This document shows positions 1 through 9,650 of a DNA stretch of 64,000 nucleotides, in pieces. Position 1 is the stretch's first letter. Each line of letters starts with the position of its first letter. The position numbers and the translations under genes are program-made. The stretch spans positions 352,001-416,000 of the forward strand of contig CAXXUA010000005.1 in assembly GCA_963663765.2 (NCBI GenBank). The letters run 5' to 3'. The stretch comes from Candidatus Poribacteria bacterium. Its GTDB lineage: Bacteria; Poribacteria; WGA-4E; WGA-3G. Below the pieces are notes generated by a model, which was given only the letters and a program-made list of their open reading frames with translations, was not told the origin of the DNA and made no database searches.

Positions 1-48
1 TGTCATAATGTTAGTAATGTATAATAAAGGTTATTTTTAGGTGATTGC

Positions 49-672
49 ATGGCACTATTTGGTAGAAAAGACAAGAAACCCCTTTTTGGAAAACAAAAAG
101 AATCAGAGGATAAGAAACCGACTCGACACGAGTTGGTTGACATCCCGCTTGAAAGTATCATTGAACTCTCTGATATAGCAACTTATGAGGAAACAGGTGA
201 TACCTCACGCACCTTAACGCTCTATACGCGCAAGAAATACGAAGGTAACGGACTCCTACGTTATATGTACCATATCCGAAATACTGAGGAAGAACTTGTC
301 CTCGGAGTTGATCACATTGCAGGCACAAAAGATGAATATGAAATCTCTCGGTGGGTTGTTGATGGAGAACAAGAACTCGGTGATCCATTGCCAGATGAGA
401 TAACACTCTATTATCCAGACCCTGAAAATGAAGATGGAGAAATAGAGATCGTATATCACCGACAGGAAATTGTCCCAGCAAAACTCACTGTTGTTGATGT
501 GAATGGAGAAGAGAAATTTGAAACAGAACTACATGAATACATCAGTGACAATGAGGAGTTGATGTCAATTGAACTCCGCGGAAACTGGCTAACATTTTAT
601 GTCGGTTTCCTCATCTCTCGTCCTGATATTGAAATTTATCCCTCTTCTGTCAACGAACATATACTGAGTTAA
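49..672 (+). CDS. Acidic hypothetical protein, possibly DUF4178-like
   Basis: 207-aa ORF with RBS (AGGTGA). Beta-rich acidic sequence; C-terminal 'SIE..W.TFYVG..I...DIEIYP' resembles DUF4178 by recall only. Confidence 0.5.
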   Translation: MALFGRKDKKPLFGKQKESEDKKPTRHELVDIPLESIIELSDIATYEETGDTSRTLTLYTRKKYEGNGLLRYMYHIRNTEEELVLGVDHIAGTKDEYEISRWVVDGEQELGDPLPDEITLYYPDPENEDGEIEIVYHRQEIVPAKLTVVDVNGEEKFETELHEYISDNEELMSIELRGNWLTFYVGFLISRPDIEIYPSSVNEHILS

Positions 673-1371
673 ACTATATTCTTGAAGGGTTAACAAGGTA
701 TGACTCTATTGCGTCTGATTAGTTAATGAAAATTATCATTCTGCTGAATTAAGACTGATGATTGAATTACATGTGTGACGTATGAAAGTCTCATACTAAA
801 GTTTTAACAAGGTTTATCGTAATGAACTTAGAAAACCAGACAGAAACGGAAGTATATGAACTTGTACTTAACACTATTCCGTCAAATCCCCATGCTTTAG
901 CTTGTGGGATGTAGACGGCTAATATGCCAACCTAATATATATTTGACAATCTAATCAATATATTATATTATATACTATACACTAATATAATAAGGTTATA
1001 TATTATGCCGCTCAAAATATCAAATAAAAGACGTGATTATAGAACAACAAATAAGACAATCTATAGTTGTCAATATCACGTAATTTGGTGTACCAAGTAT
1101 CGTCGTAAAGTTTTAGATGCACAGTTACAAGGCAGACTCAAACAACTTATACAAGAAAAACAGGACGAATATAGGTATTATATCAGGGAAGTTGAAACGC
1201 AACCCGAACATGTCCATTTACTGATAGAAATACCCCCAACAGATTCTATTGATAAAGTTATCGGTAAAATCAAAGGTTATACGTCAAAAGTTCTACGTGA
1301 AGAATATCCGAGTTTGAAAAGTCGCTTGCCGTCTTTATGGACGCGTTCAAAATTCGTTAGTTCTTGTGGTG

Positions 1372-2686
1372 CAGGGTTATTTAGTTTTAGGAGTTTTGGT
1401 TGTTTTTTATCACAATCGTTAATATTTTTGGATATGCAGATATAGCGTGATTTATCGCGCTATATCTGCTATACTTCACCTAAAAAATCTTACCTTTGAG
1501 GTGAAAAATGCCAGAGAAAAACTCTCGACACTTGTTAGATAGATTAGCAGAAATTCAAGACCCGCGCAACAATAAAGGAAAACGACACCCACTGAACTCA
1601 ATCCTCGGACTTGTCCTTATTGGTTTTATGACTGGACATAAAGGATATACATCCATCGCAACTTGGGCCCGAACCCAACAAAACCTCGCAAGGACACTCG
1701 GTTTTACACACAAGAAAACACCTTGTCCCGCAACAATACATAATGTTCTAAAAGATTTAGATGCTGATGCTGTTGAAAAGACATTTACAGACTGGGTAGA
1801 AGACGTTTGTAAAAATCGACCTGATTTAGAAGGTTGTCTTGACGCAGTCGCTATAGACGGTAAAACGATGCGTGCCAGTAAGAAAAGTGGTGCGACAATA
1901 AGCCATTTACTCTCTGTTGTGTCTCATGAGTTAGGCGTCACACTGACACAAAAAGGTGTCAGTGATAAAACCAACGAAATACCGATCTCAACAGAGATCC
2001 TCAAAAACTTTGATGTGAGTGGTAAAGTCATCACAACAGACGCACTTTTGACACAGCGACCTTTCTGCCACGCCATCATAGAGGGTAATGGAGACTATGT
2101 GCTCCCTGTCAAAAAGAACCAACCGGACCTTTACGATGAGATCCAAAAACTCTTTCAAGACGTTCCAGACACGCTTTCTGATAACACACCACATCCTAAA
2201 TTGGGAGCCCCTATTTACACTCACGAGACTTCTGAAAAATCACATGGTAGAATAGAGACAAGGTGTTTGAAAGCAAGCACAAGTCTCAACGCATATCTGG
2301 ATTGGCCAGGTATAGCACAAGTGTTCCAATATCGTTATACTTACAAAAACACGAAAACAGGAGAAGAAAAAACCAAAATCCATTATGGTATTACAAGTCT
2401 GACACCCGAAGAAACTTCTGCCCAACGCTTACTTGAGCTACGCCGTGGGCATTGGTCAATAGAGAACAAGTCGCATTGGATGCGTGATACTCAACTTGGA
2501 GAAGACGCATCGTCTGTCCGATGCGGTGCTATTCCACAAATCATGGCTGCTTTGCGAAATACAGCATTAGCAGTGTTGCGATTTGCTGGGATAACGCGTA
2601 TAGCAGATGAGATAAAATACTTAGCTTCAAAACCTAAACTCGCAGTTAACTTGATAACTGAGAGTTTTTAAAACTAAATAACCCTG
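1372..2686 (+). mobile_element. ISAs1-family insertion sequence
   Basis: Perfect 18-bp TIR CAGGGTTATTTAGTTTTA (1372-1389 / 2669-2686). 9-bp TSD CTTGTGGTG (1363-1371 / 2687-2695). Confidence 0.95.
1508..2671 (+). CDS. ISAs1-family DDE transposase
   Basis: Motifs DPR...KRHPL, AIDGKT, KTNEIP, TTDAL, HGRIETR, HWSIEN..HW.RD..LGED. Confidence 0.95.
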   Translation: MPEKNSRHLLDRLAEIQDPRNNKGKRHPLNSILGLVLIGFMTGHKGYTSIATWARTQQNLARTLGFTHKKTPCPATIHNVLKDLDADAVEKTFTDWVEDVCKNRPDLEGCLDAVAIDGKTMRASKKSGATISHLLSVVSHELGVTLTQKGVSDKTNEIPISTEILKNFDVSGKVITTDALLTQRPFCHAIIEGNGDYVLPVKKNQPDLYDEIQKLFQDVPDTLSDNTPHPKLGAPIYTHETSEKSHGRIETRCLKASTSLNAYLDWPGIAQVFQYRYTYKNTKTGEEKTKIHYGITSLTPEETSAQRLLELRRGHWSIENKSHWMRDTQLGEDASSVRCGAIPQIMAALRNTALAVLRFAGITRIADEIKYLASKPKLAVNLITESF

Positions 2687-2744
2687 CTTGTGGTGGTGTA
2701 ACCCTTGAAGTTATAAAAGACTATATTGAAAGTCAAAGCGGACA

Positions 2745-3857
2745 ATGAAAAAAACCTATAAATACAAGATACAAAATCAAAAGAACACTATCAAGTTAGG
2801 CAATATGCTTGACGATATGCACCAGATTCATGTGCATATTATGCGATTGCAGCGTAGATATTACCGTATGTATGGTAAAAACGTATCTGCCTATAGAATG
2901 AATGCTCATGTTGCGAAGTTGAAAAAGCGAACAAAGCCTCATTGGGCAGACTTACCGAGTCAAGTTGTGCAAGACGTTGTGCTGCGTATGGGCAAAGCGT
3001 ATGATGCGTTCTTTCGGAATATCAAAGAACGAGTATCAGACAAAACAACGCGCAAAGTAGGTAGACCGAAAATCAAACCCCAACACAAATACAACTCTAT
3101 GACCTTTACACAGGCAGGTTATAAACTTGAAGGGAACCGTATCAAGATCAACTGTATAGATACGTGGTTTTCCTTTCATAAACATCGTGAAATAACAGGT
3201 GATATCAAAACAATTACTATCAAGCGTGACAAGTGTGGCGATTACTGGATATGCTTTTCTTGTGATAATGTTGACACACCGAAACCCATAGCAAAGACAG
3301 GTGAAAGTGCTGGCTTTGATTTCGGATTGAAAACATATCTCACAAGCTCAGATGGAAACAAAATACAATCACCACAATATCTGAAACAATCACTGAATAA
3401 GTTGCGAACTTTGAACAAGTCTTTTAGTAGAAAAGTCAAGGGTTCTAATAACTGGTATGGTGCTAAGCGTGCATTGTCAAGAGAATATAGGAAAGTATCA
3501 AGACAGAGGTTAGATTGGCAATGGAAACTTGCTACAGACCTTTGCAGACATTTTGATACCTTGTGCTTTGAAACCCTCAATATAGACGGCATGAAACGGC
3601 TTTGGGGACGAAAAGTGAGTGATCTCGCTTTCTATCAGTTTGTTCAATTGTTGGAATTCAAGTGTGCAAAACATGATAAAAAACTTGTTCAAATTAGGCA
3701 ATGGGATTCCACAACAAAACCTTGTAGCAGCTGTGGACGCAAAAACGGCAATCTAACACTTTCAGATAGACACTGGACATGTCCTACGTGCAAAACCGAA
3801 CACGATAGAGACATAAACGCCGCTATAAATATCAAACAGGCAGGCTTAGCTGCCTAA
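2745..3857 (+). CDS. tnpB: RNA-guided endonuclease TnpB
   Basis: RuvC residues GFDFG (D), CFETL (E), DRDINAA (D). Zinc finger CSSC..CPTC. Located directly after tnpA. Confidence 0.95.
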   Translation: MKKTYKYKIQNQKNTIKLGNMLDDMHQIHVHIMRLQRRYYRMYGKNVSAYRMNAHVAKLKKRTKPHWADLPSQVVQDVVLRMGKAYDAFFRNIKERVSDKTTRKVGRPKIKPQHKYNSMTFTQAGYKLEGNRIKINCIDTWFSFHKHREITGDIKTITIKRDKCGDYWICFSCDNVDTPKPIAKTGESAGFDFGLKTYLTSSDGNKIQSPQYLKQSLNKLRTLNKSFSRKVKGSNNWYGAKRALSREYRKVSRQRLDWQWKLATDLCRHFDTLCFETLNIDGMKRLWGRKVSDLAFYQFVQLLEFKCAKHDKKLVQIRQWDSTTKPCSSCGRKNGNLTLSDRHWTCPTCKTEHDRDINAAINIKQAGLAA

Positions 3858-4554
3858 AGTGGAGCAGACGTAAGACGTAGTTCAGATCGGCTGTCCGCAA
3901 GGAAACACAAGCCCCTGCCTTTAGGCAGTGGGTACTATGACAATCCTTTTAGATAGACTCGGAGTCTCTGGACGACATCGGTTTCTTGAGCAATGTAAAC
4001 CTGCAATTACAAACTATACCGCAGAACGCCATAAATGGTTAGACAACCTTGATATGGAAACGGTTATGCAGGACGTTCAAGATCTTCGAACTCAGAAACA
4101 AAAAGAAGCTATAAATCATGAACCCAAAAAGAATATACATGATTTGACAGATCATGAGGTGTACCGAGTTGGACTTAACGCAATCTCACAGAAAATAGGA
4201 CCATCCGGATTGATACAGTTCTTTCGCTTGTGTAAATCAACCATGTCTCTTTATAATACTGACGACTCTGAATGGGTAGAAAAGTTTGAAGGAAATACAA
4301 TTTTAGCAGAAAATCATAGAGGTGAAAAAGAAATTAAAGAGAAAAATTAAGATTAAATTCACACATGCAAATTCCATCCCAATCCTTGAAAATTTATCTG
4401 GATATTTGTTGCCTAAGTTGATCATCAGATAACCAAACACAAGATAGAATACGACTTGAAGCAATTGCAGTTTAATCAATCGTCAATTACATTAATAGGG
4501 GTAAATTATACTGAATTGTTAGCGAGGCATTGGTTATTGAAATTAACAAGAATC

Positions 4555-4813
4555 ACGAGTTGTGCTAAATAACAATATGTTAATCAATGTTTCACATAAG
4601 CATGACGTTTTGCAGGTGTACTTCATAGTTTGAAACGATCTTCAGTCCCGACAAATGCCATACGCGCATTTGGCGTTGATTTGGTAGGGACGATATGTTT
4701 ATAGAAAAACGTCATAGTACATCCTCTTTAGTCCCGTAGGGACGATATGTGCGCATTATAAACCTAATATATGTAATAACTTTGAAAACAATGGGTTAAC
4801 TGACACAAGTCGT
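4555..4813. mobile_element. MITE with imperfect TIRs carrying REP-like cargo
   Basis: Ends ACGAGTTGTG.. / ..CACAAGTCGT. 7-bp TSD AAGAATC (4548-4554 / 4814-4820). Contains two AGTCCCGTAGGGACGATATGT units, the first interrupted. Confidence 0.8.
4650..4683 (+). repeat. Hairpin-TTGATTTG mini-element, copy A
   Basis: CAAATGC-loop-GCATTTG followed by GCGTTGATTTG, inserted at AGTCCC^GTAGGG. Empty sites at about 4730 and 44286. Confidence 0.75.
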
Positions 4814-5130
4814 AAGAATCCTGATTTAGTGCAACGCGACGAAATCAAAGAACTGTTGAAATTCTCACATCATTCAGTTTCTATTGGAGTTTCAGAAAGA
4901 TATAGAGGGAAGCAACTTGTAGTTTTGGGATTTAAGCCTTTGGATGCTCTACATATTGCTTGCGCCGAAAGTGGAAATGCAGAAATATTTTTTACAACCG
5001 ACGATAAGTTACTCAGCCGGGCGACACGCTTCAACGAGAAGATGAACATCCGAGTCGAAAATCCTCACACATGGTTACAGAACTACACAATGTAAAACAG
5101 ATCTGCCAAATATTTACAACGTTTACTCGC

Positions 5131-6051
5131 TCAACGACGCATATTCACGAGATAGATCCCCGCAGCCACCAGAACAGATCCTATCAATAAATAAATTGAT
5201 AATTCTTCTTCTAAAAACTGGTAACTAAACAATACACCTGATAACGGTGTAACAAAAAAGAGAACAACAAGTTTACTCGCACTGTATCTTTCAAGAATTG
5301 ATGTCCATGCCAAGAAACAATACCCCGCTACTATCGCACCTTGATAGAGAAGTGCAGCACCGCTGGTAAGTGAAATTTGGAATGTCTCACCCCTTTCAAA
5401 CAAGATACTTAATACAGCGAAGAATGGCAGACTCAATGTTAAGTGCCACACTAAAAGGCGATAAGGGTGAATTGATTGAACTAACAATTTCGTCACGACA
5501 ACACGTAAACCTAAAAAACAACCACTCACAAGTACCAGTATATCACCAAGAAGGTTTGCATCCCCATTTCCAAGGTCTGGTGCTACGGTGACAAACACCC
5601 CACTGAATGCAACGATAATACCTAATGTCTTATATAATGTCAGACGTTCTCTCGGTATCCAGATATGTGCAAAAATCGCTGTGAAAAATGGGTAGGTGTT
5701 AACAAAGATGGTTGATCGTGACGCGGACGTATAGTTGGTACCAGTGTTGAGCGCGATTATTTGAAAAATGAAAATCGCGGCAAGAATGAGTAATCCAGAA
5801 AATTCTCCTCGTTTTAAACCAAGTGGAATTCGACGGTAAACAGACCATAGACTAACAACGATAAGTCCAATCACAAAACGGAATAATGCTAATGCCATCG
5901 GAGGTAGGTCTTCTAAACCAATTTTAATTGATGGTGAATTACCACCCCAGAGAAAAGCAAGTAGCAAACTCAGAGCAATAATCTTACCATGCGGATCTTC
6001 ACTGATTACAGAACGATTTCGCGATGACCCGATGGTTTTTTTGCTATTCAA
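5131..6051 (-). CDS. DMT/EamA family transporter
   Basis: About ten hydrophobic helices in two EamA repeats (LWGG..., P...ALFRF). Confidence 0.9.
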   Translation of the reverse strand: MNSKKTIGSSRNRSVISEDPHGKIIALSLLLAFLWGGNSPSIKIGLEDLPPMALALFRFVIGLIVVSLWSVYRRIPLGLKRGEFSGLLILAAIFIFQIIALNTGTNYTSASRSTIFVNTYPFFTAIFAHIWIPRERLTLYKTLGIIVAFSGVFVTVAPDLGNGDANLLGDILVLVSGCFLGLRVVVTKLLVQSIHPYRLLVWHLTLSLPFFAVLSILFERGETFQISLTSGAALLYQGAIVAGYCFLAWTSILERYSASKLVVLFFVTPLSGVLFSYQFLEEELSIYLLIGSVLVAAGIYLVNMRR

Positions 6052-6104
6052 AACAAGTTGATTTCCTCATACTCTACCCAATTTCAATATAATATTAACA
6101 ACTA

Positions 6105-6908
6105 CTAATCATAAGCACCAGGACGATGATTCCCCATCAACCTCTTTTGTCGTTCTGTCGCTTGATCTAATATTGATTCATTGAACTGAAACCGATTCAG
6201 ATAGGGTGGAAATTTCTGCGTTATCATACGGTTCGCATAATGTACTTGCAACAGATAACGTGTCTGATCGCTACGGTTTGCAGTACCTCTATGCCACACC
6301 TCACTCCGAAATAACACAACATCACCACCGTTGCAGAGAATACTTTGTTCCTTTGCACCTTTCCATTCTGTATCACCATCAGGTCTGCGTCCAGAGAGAT
6401 GGCTACCGGGAACAAACTTCGTTGGACCTAACTCTTCATAAAGGTCGTCTAAATAGTAATGTGCAGTTGTAATGTAAATTGGAACTTTAACGCGAGTATC
6501 CTCTAAGACATCAGCGGGGAGAGAAATAGGTATCCAATCAGAGTGTAGACCTTGATCCGGACGACCAGGACCTGTAATCCACGCCGTCATCCCTATCACA
6601 TGGCAATCACCGCCATGAACTGCTTCAGTTAACTCAATGACAGGTGACTTGTCAAGAAAGTGTAAGAAAACTGGATCTCGATTAAATGCGTTGTTGATAT
6701 GTTTATTTAGAAAACCACTACCATTTTCCGGCACACTGTGTTTATCAAAACTCTCAGGGTTTGCTGTTAACCGATCCATTGCATCGCGTAGTTCATTCAG
6801 TTCTTCCGCATCAATGACTTGGGGCAAATAGGCATATCCATCTTCTTCCATCGCCTTTACTTGACTTTCAAGTTCGGAATACGCTGTAAGCGGTAACGCT
6901 TGATTCAT
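6105..6908 (-). CDS. Phytanoyl-CoA dioxygenase (PhyH) family 2OG-Fe(II) oxygenase
   Basis: EDGY, LHSD (HxD), GPTKFVPGSH, GDVVLF..EVWHRG.ANRS..R. Confidence 0.9.
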   Translation of the reverse strand: MNQALPLTAYSELESQVKAMEEDGYAYLPQVIDAEELNELRDAMDRLTANPESFDKHSVPENGSGFLNKHINNAFNRDPVFLHFLDKSPVIELTEAVHGGDCHVIGMTAWITGPGRPDQGLHSDWIPISLPADVLEDTRVKVPIYITTAHYYLDDLYEELGPTKFVPGSHLSGRRPDGDTEWKGAKEQSILCNGGDVVLFRSEVWHRGTANRSDQTRYLLQVHYANRMITQKFPPYLNRFQFNESILDQATERQKRLMGNHRPGAYD

Positions 6909-7195
6909 TACAATTCTCCTTAGGAATACTCACCACCGCATAATGGCTGGATTTGTTATATCTTATCAAGTCTATTACCCTTATGTCAACTTTTTAATTG
7001 AATAATTCGTTTTAAAATGCATCTAATAAAGCGTAAAAACAAGATTGTACATATTCAAAAAGTCCTATATAGACGAAGTAAAGGTTCGTCGCGTTTTCAA
7101 ACCAAGGTTAAAAATTTTAAGACAAAACCAAAATCACTAACAGATTAAATTTTGTATTTACTTTGACTTACGACTTGTTGTATAGGAGGGCAAAA

Positions 7196-7474
7196 ATGAA
7201 GGATAAATACACAACCCGAAAAGACAAAACGCTGGAAAGTCTGGAATCAACAAAGGACTCAGCTATACGCGTACCAGGAATAGTATTGGAATCTTTACCA
7301 GGAAATCTTTTTAGTGTAGAACTTACAGAGAACGATCACAAAGTCGTTGCCTACCTTGCCGGTAAAATGATGCGACACAAAATTTGGGTACTACCGGGAG
7401 ATCAAGTTACTGTGGAACTGTCACCTTACGATTTAACACGTGGTCGCATCGTTTGGCGGAACCCAGGTGGATAA
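7196..7474 (+). CDS. infA: Translation initiation factor IF-1 (N-terminally extended)
   Basis: G.VLESLPG..FSVEL...[10 protein letters not shown]...[30 protein letters not shown] before ATG 7196. Confidence 0.92.
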   Translation: MKDKYTTRKDKTLESLESTKDSAIRVPGIVLESLPGNLFSVELTENDHKVVAYLAGKMMRHKIWVLPGDQVTVELSPYDLTRGRIVWRNPGG

Positions 7475-7571
7475 TACCTCAAATACTTTTTTCGCAATAC
7501 GGTGCAAAAGTGCATCCGAAAATGTGTATAGGTGAATCATTATCATTTTTTTTGATAGTGGTATCCTATTA

Positions 7572-7673
7572 CCGCTGAATTGCGGAAAAGGAGGTATTTG
7601 TTTATGTTAGCAAATCAGAGGAGGTGTGACACTTAGTGTTACGCCCTTGTGGTGTGGCACATAGTGTCGCACA
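7572..7673. ncRNA. Candidate structured RNA or leader with twin hairpins
   Basis: Two related hairpins, GTGTGACAC-TTA-GTGTTACGC and GTGTGGCAC-ATA-GTGTCGCAC. Two AGGAGGT motifs and a 10-aa mini-ORF at 7604..7636. Confidence 0.35.
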
Positions 7674-7682
7674 CTTTCTGGC

Positions 7683-7708
7683 GGGACAGAGGATTTATCC
7701 TCTGTCCC
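7683..7708. terminator. Hairpin between convergent genes
   Basis: GGGACAGAGGA-TTTA-TCCTCTGTCCC, perfect 11-bp stem. Confidence 0.7.
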
Positions 7709-7726
7709 TATTACGTGTACGCTTCC

Positions 7727-8098
7727 TTATGCGTTTTCTCCGCGCATGAGTGATTCCATCTCTGGTAATACCTCTGTTACTGCTGCTTGGTCTACTTCAT
7801 CTGCAATACTACCATAACCGGATGTACGTATCATTTCAACGAGATTCTCCCCCAGTTGTTCAATTGTCCATGCAACTGAATTTGGCACTTCCGTCTTATC
7901 AAGAGGGATATGATCGTTCCTCCCTGATGGGTCATAATGATAGTGTGGTTTTTTGCGGAAACAGTCAAAACGTAGGAGTTGGATATTCTTACCATCCGCA
8001 TCACCGAAAACGCGGACAGAAGGACCGCCATCTCCACTTATATTACGGTTGTCCACGTGGAATTCAACACCACCCGCATGAAAAACTTTTTCTTCCAT
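7727..8098 (-). CDS. Conserved hypothetical protein
   Basis: 123 aa with RBS. Motif LLRFDCF...PHYHY. Confidence 0.75.
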   Translation of the reverse strand: MEEKVFHAGGVEFHVDNRNISGDGGPSVRVFGDADGKNIQLLRFDCFRKKPHYHYDPSGRNDHIPLDKTEVPNSVAWTIEQLGENLVEMIRTSGYGSIADEVDQAAVTEVLPEMESLMRGENA

Positions 8099-8300
8099 AA
8101 TTTTACTCCCTATTTGTTAGATGTAATGCGGAATTATATAAATAAACCCTTTTCGTGTCAACCGTAAAATAAGATACTGATAGACAGGATATTATGCAAA
8201 AACAACACAAATCTTTTTTATAGTAAATACTATAAAAAATACTTGCAAACCGACTAAAAATATGCTATACTTTTAAAAAAATAATATCGGCTATTTCACA

Positions 8301-9296
8301 ATGAAACAACAACTTATTGATAGTTTTGAACGTGTCCATACGAACCTAAGAATCTCCGTTACAGATGTATGCAATTTTCGGTGCATATACTGTATGCCTG
8401 AAGACATGGAGTTTATGCCAGATTCGGCACTGATGACTTATGACGAGATTCTGCATTTCATACGTATTTTTGTCAAACTTGGGGTCAACAAGATTCGGAT
8501 TACAGGTGGTGAGCCGCTCGTACGTCCCGGTGTACCAAACCTAATTGAACAACTTGGGCAGATAGATGCGTTGAACGACATCAGTTTGACAACCAACGGT
8601 ATCGGCCTCGTCAACCAAGCACAAGCACTATATGATGCTGGACTAAGACGTATCAATGTCAGCTTAGACACACTCAACGAAGAGAAGTTTGAACAGATGA
8701 CGCGGCGGAAAGTCCTCTCGCGTGTAATTGAAGGGCTTAAAGCAGCACACGACTGCGGATTCAATCCGATTAAAGTCAACGCAGTTGCAATGCGTGGGTT
8801 TACCGATGACGAAATCGTAGATCTGGTCACTTTCGCTCGAGAAAACAGTTATCACATGCGGTTCATAGAGTTTATGCCACTTGATGCCGATGACATCTGG
8901 GGACGAAACATGTTTATCCCCGGCAAAGAAATTATCGAAAAGATCAGCAACGTTTATCCACTAGAACAACTCTCACTAAACGGAGATTCAAAAAGCGATA
9001 CAGCACAACGTTTCCGATTCACAGATAACGGTACAGAGGTCGGTGTCATACCTTCAGTAAGTGAACCGTTCTGTGAAAACTGCAACCGAATCCGTCTCAC
9101 TGCTGATGGAAAGTTCCGAACGTGTTTGTTCTCTCTCTCAGAAAGTGACCTACTCACGCCATTACGCGAAGGCGCCGACGATGAAATGATTGAAGAACTG
9201 ATAATTGATGCGGTGGCAAAAAAAGAAGCTGGACATAAAATCAATGCTGCAGACTTCATAAAACCTGAGCGGAATATGTCAAGAATCGGTGGATAA
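8301..9296 (+). CDS. moaA: GTP 3',8-cyclase MoaA (radical SAM)
   Basis: LRISVTDVCNFRCIYC, TGGEPL, FCENCNRIRLTADG..RTCLF, C-terminal MSRIGG. Confidence 0.97.
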   Translation: MKQQLIDSFERVHTNLRISVTDVCNFRCIYCMPEDMEFMPDSALMTYDEILHFIRIFVKLGVNKIRITGGEPLVRPGVPNLIEQLGQIDALNDISLTTNGIGLVNQAQALYDAGLRRINVSLDTLNEEKFEQMTRRKVLSRVIEGLKAAHDCGFNPIKVNAVAMRGFTDDEIVDLVTFARENSYHMRFIEFMPLDADDIWGRNMFIPGKEIIEKISNVYPLEQLSLNGDSKSDTAQRFRFTDNGTEVGVIPSVSEPFCENCNRIRLTADGKFRTCLFSLSESDLLTPLREGADDEMIEELIIDAVAKKEAGHKINAADFIKPERNMSRIGG

Positions 9297-9311
9297 ACGC
9301 TAAAATCAACA

Positions 9312-9650
9312 ATGCATGAGATACATCCGCGAGAAATACAAGTATACCAAACTCCAAACGGACGGAAACCTTTCAACGAGTGGTTAACTTCAATTCGAAA
9401 TATAGAAACACAAGCTCGGATTTGAGCACGGCTTGAACGTCTTAAAAACGGTAATATGGGAGATTGTCAATCTGCTGGTAATGGCATTTTTGAATTACGA
9501 ATCCACTTTGGTGCAGGTTATCGCGTTTATTTTGGACAGATAGGTAACACAATCATTCTTTTACTCTGTGGTGGCGACAACTCATCACAAAGACAGGATA
9601 TAGAACGTGCAAAAACTTATTGGCTGGAATATAAGAGAGAAAACCTATGA
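9312..9650 (+). pseudogene. RelE/ParE-family toxin with in-frame TGA at 9423
   Basis: MHEIHPREIQVYQTPNGRKPFNEWL...ARI*ARLERLKNGNMGD...FELRIHFGAGYRVYF...LLLCGGD. Confidence 0.85.

Larger units (their letters stand above)
1005..2748 (+). pseudogene. tnpA: IS200/IS605 Y1 transposase TnpA, interrupted by ISAs1
   Basis: YHVIWCTKYR and HUH motif (HVH) in 1005..1371. The frame resumes after the ISAs1 at 2696 as GVTLEVIKDYIESQSGQ* (catalytic Tyr). Its stop overlaps the tnpB ATG (ATGA). Confidence 0.92.
872..3941 (+). mobile_element. IS200/IS605-family element (tnpA + tnpB) containing a nested ISAs1
   Basis: Left-end hairpin CCGTC..ATCCC-CATGCTTTAGCTTGT-GGGAT..GACGG (879-918). Right-end hairpin CCCCTGCCTTTAGGCAGTGGG (3912-3932) followed by TATGAC. 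No TSD. Ends inferred (+/-1) from the host-gene reading frame, after TTAA. Confidence 0.85.
822..4350 (+). pseudogene. Antitoxin-like gene (PIN-associated family, duplicated domain) split by the IS605 element
   Basis: 5' part 822..871 (MNLENQTETEVYELVL) joins in frame to 3942..4350 (K-ILLDRLGVSGRHRF...NYTAERHKWL). The rejoined 'VYELVLKILLDRLG' aligns without gaps to the internal repeat 'VYRVGLNAISQKIG'. Confidence 0.7.
4386..5095 (+). pseudogene. PIN-domain toxin pseudogene with three in-frame stops and a MITE insertion
   Basis: (M)KIYLDICCLS*SSDNQTQDRIRLEAIAV*...KLY*IVSEAL...KN, resuming after 4813 as NPDLVQR...GFKPLDALHIACAE...FFTTDD (PIN C-terminal motifs). Confidence 0.85.

Noticed and set aside
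1372-1445. C-terminus of the 146-aa TnpA ORF
   Set aside because: It is read-through into the ISAs1 end; the true C-terminus is at 2696-2748.
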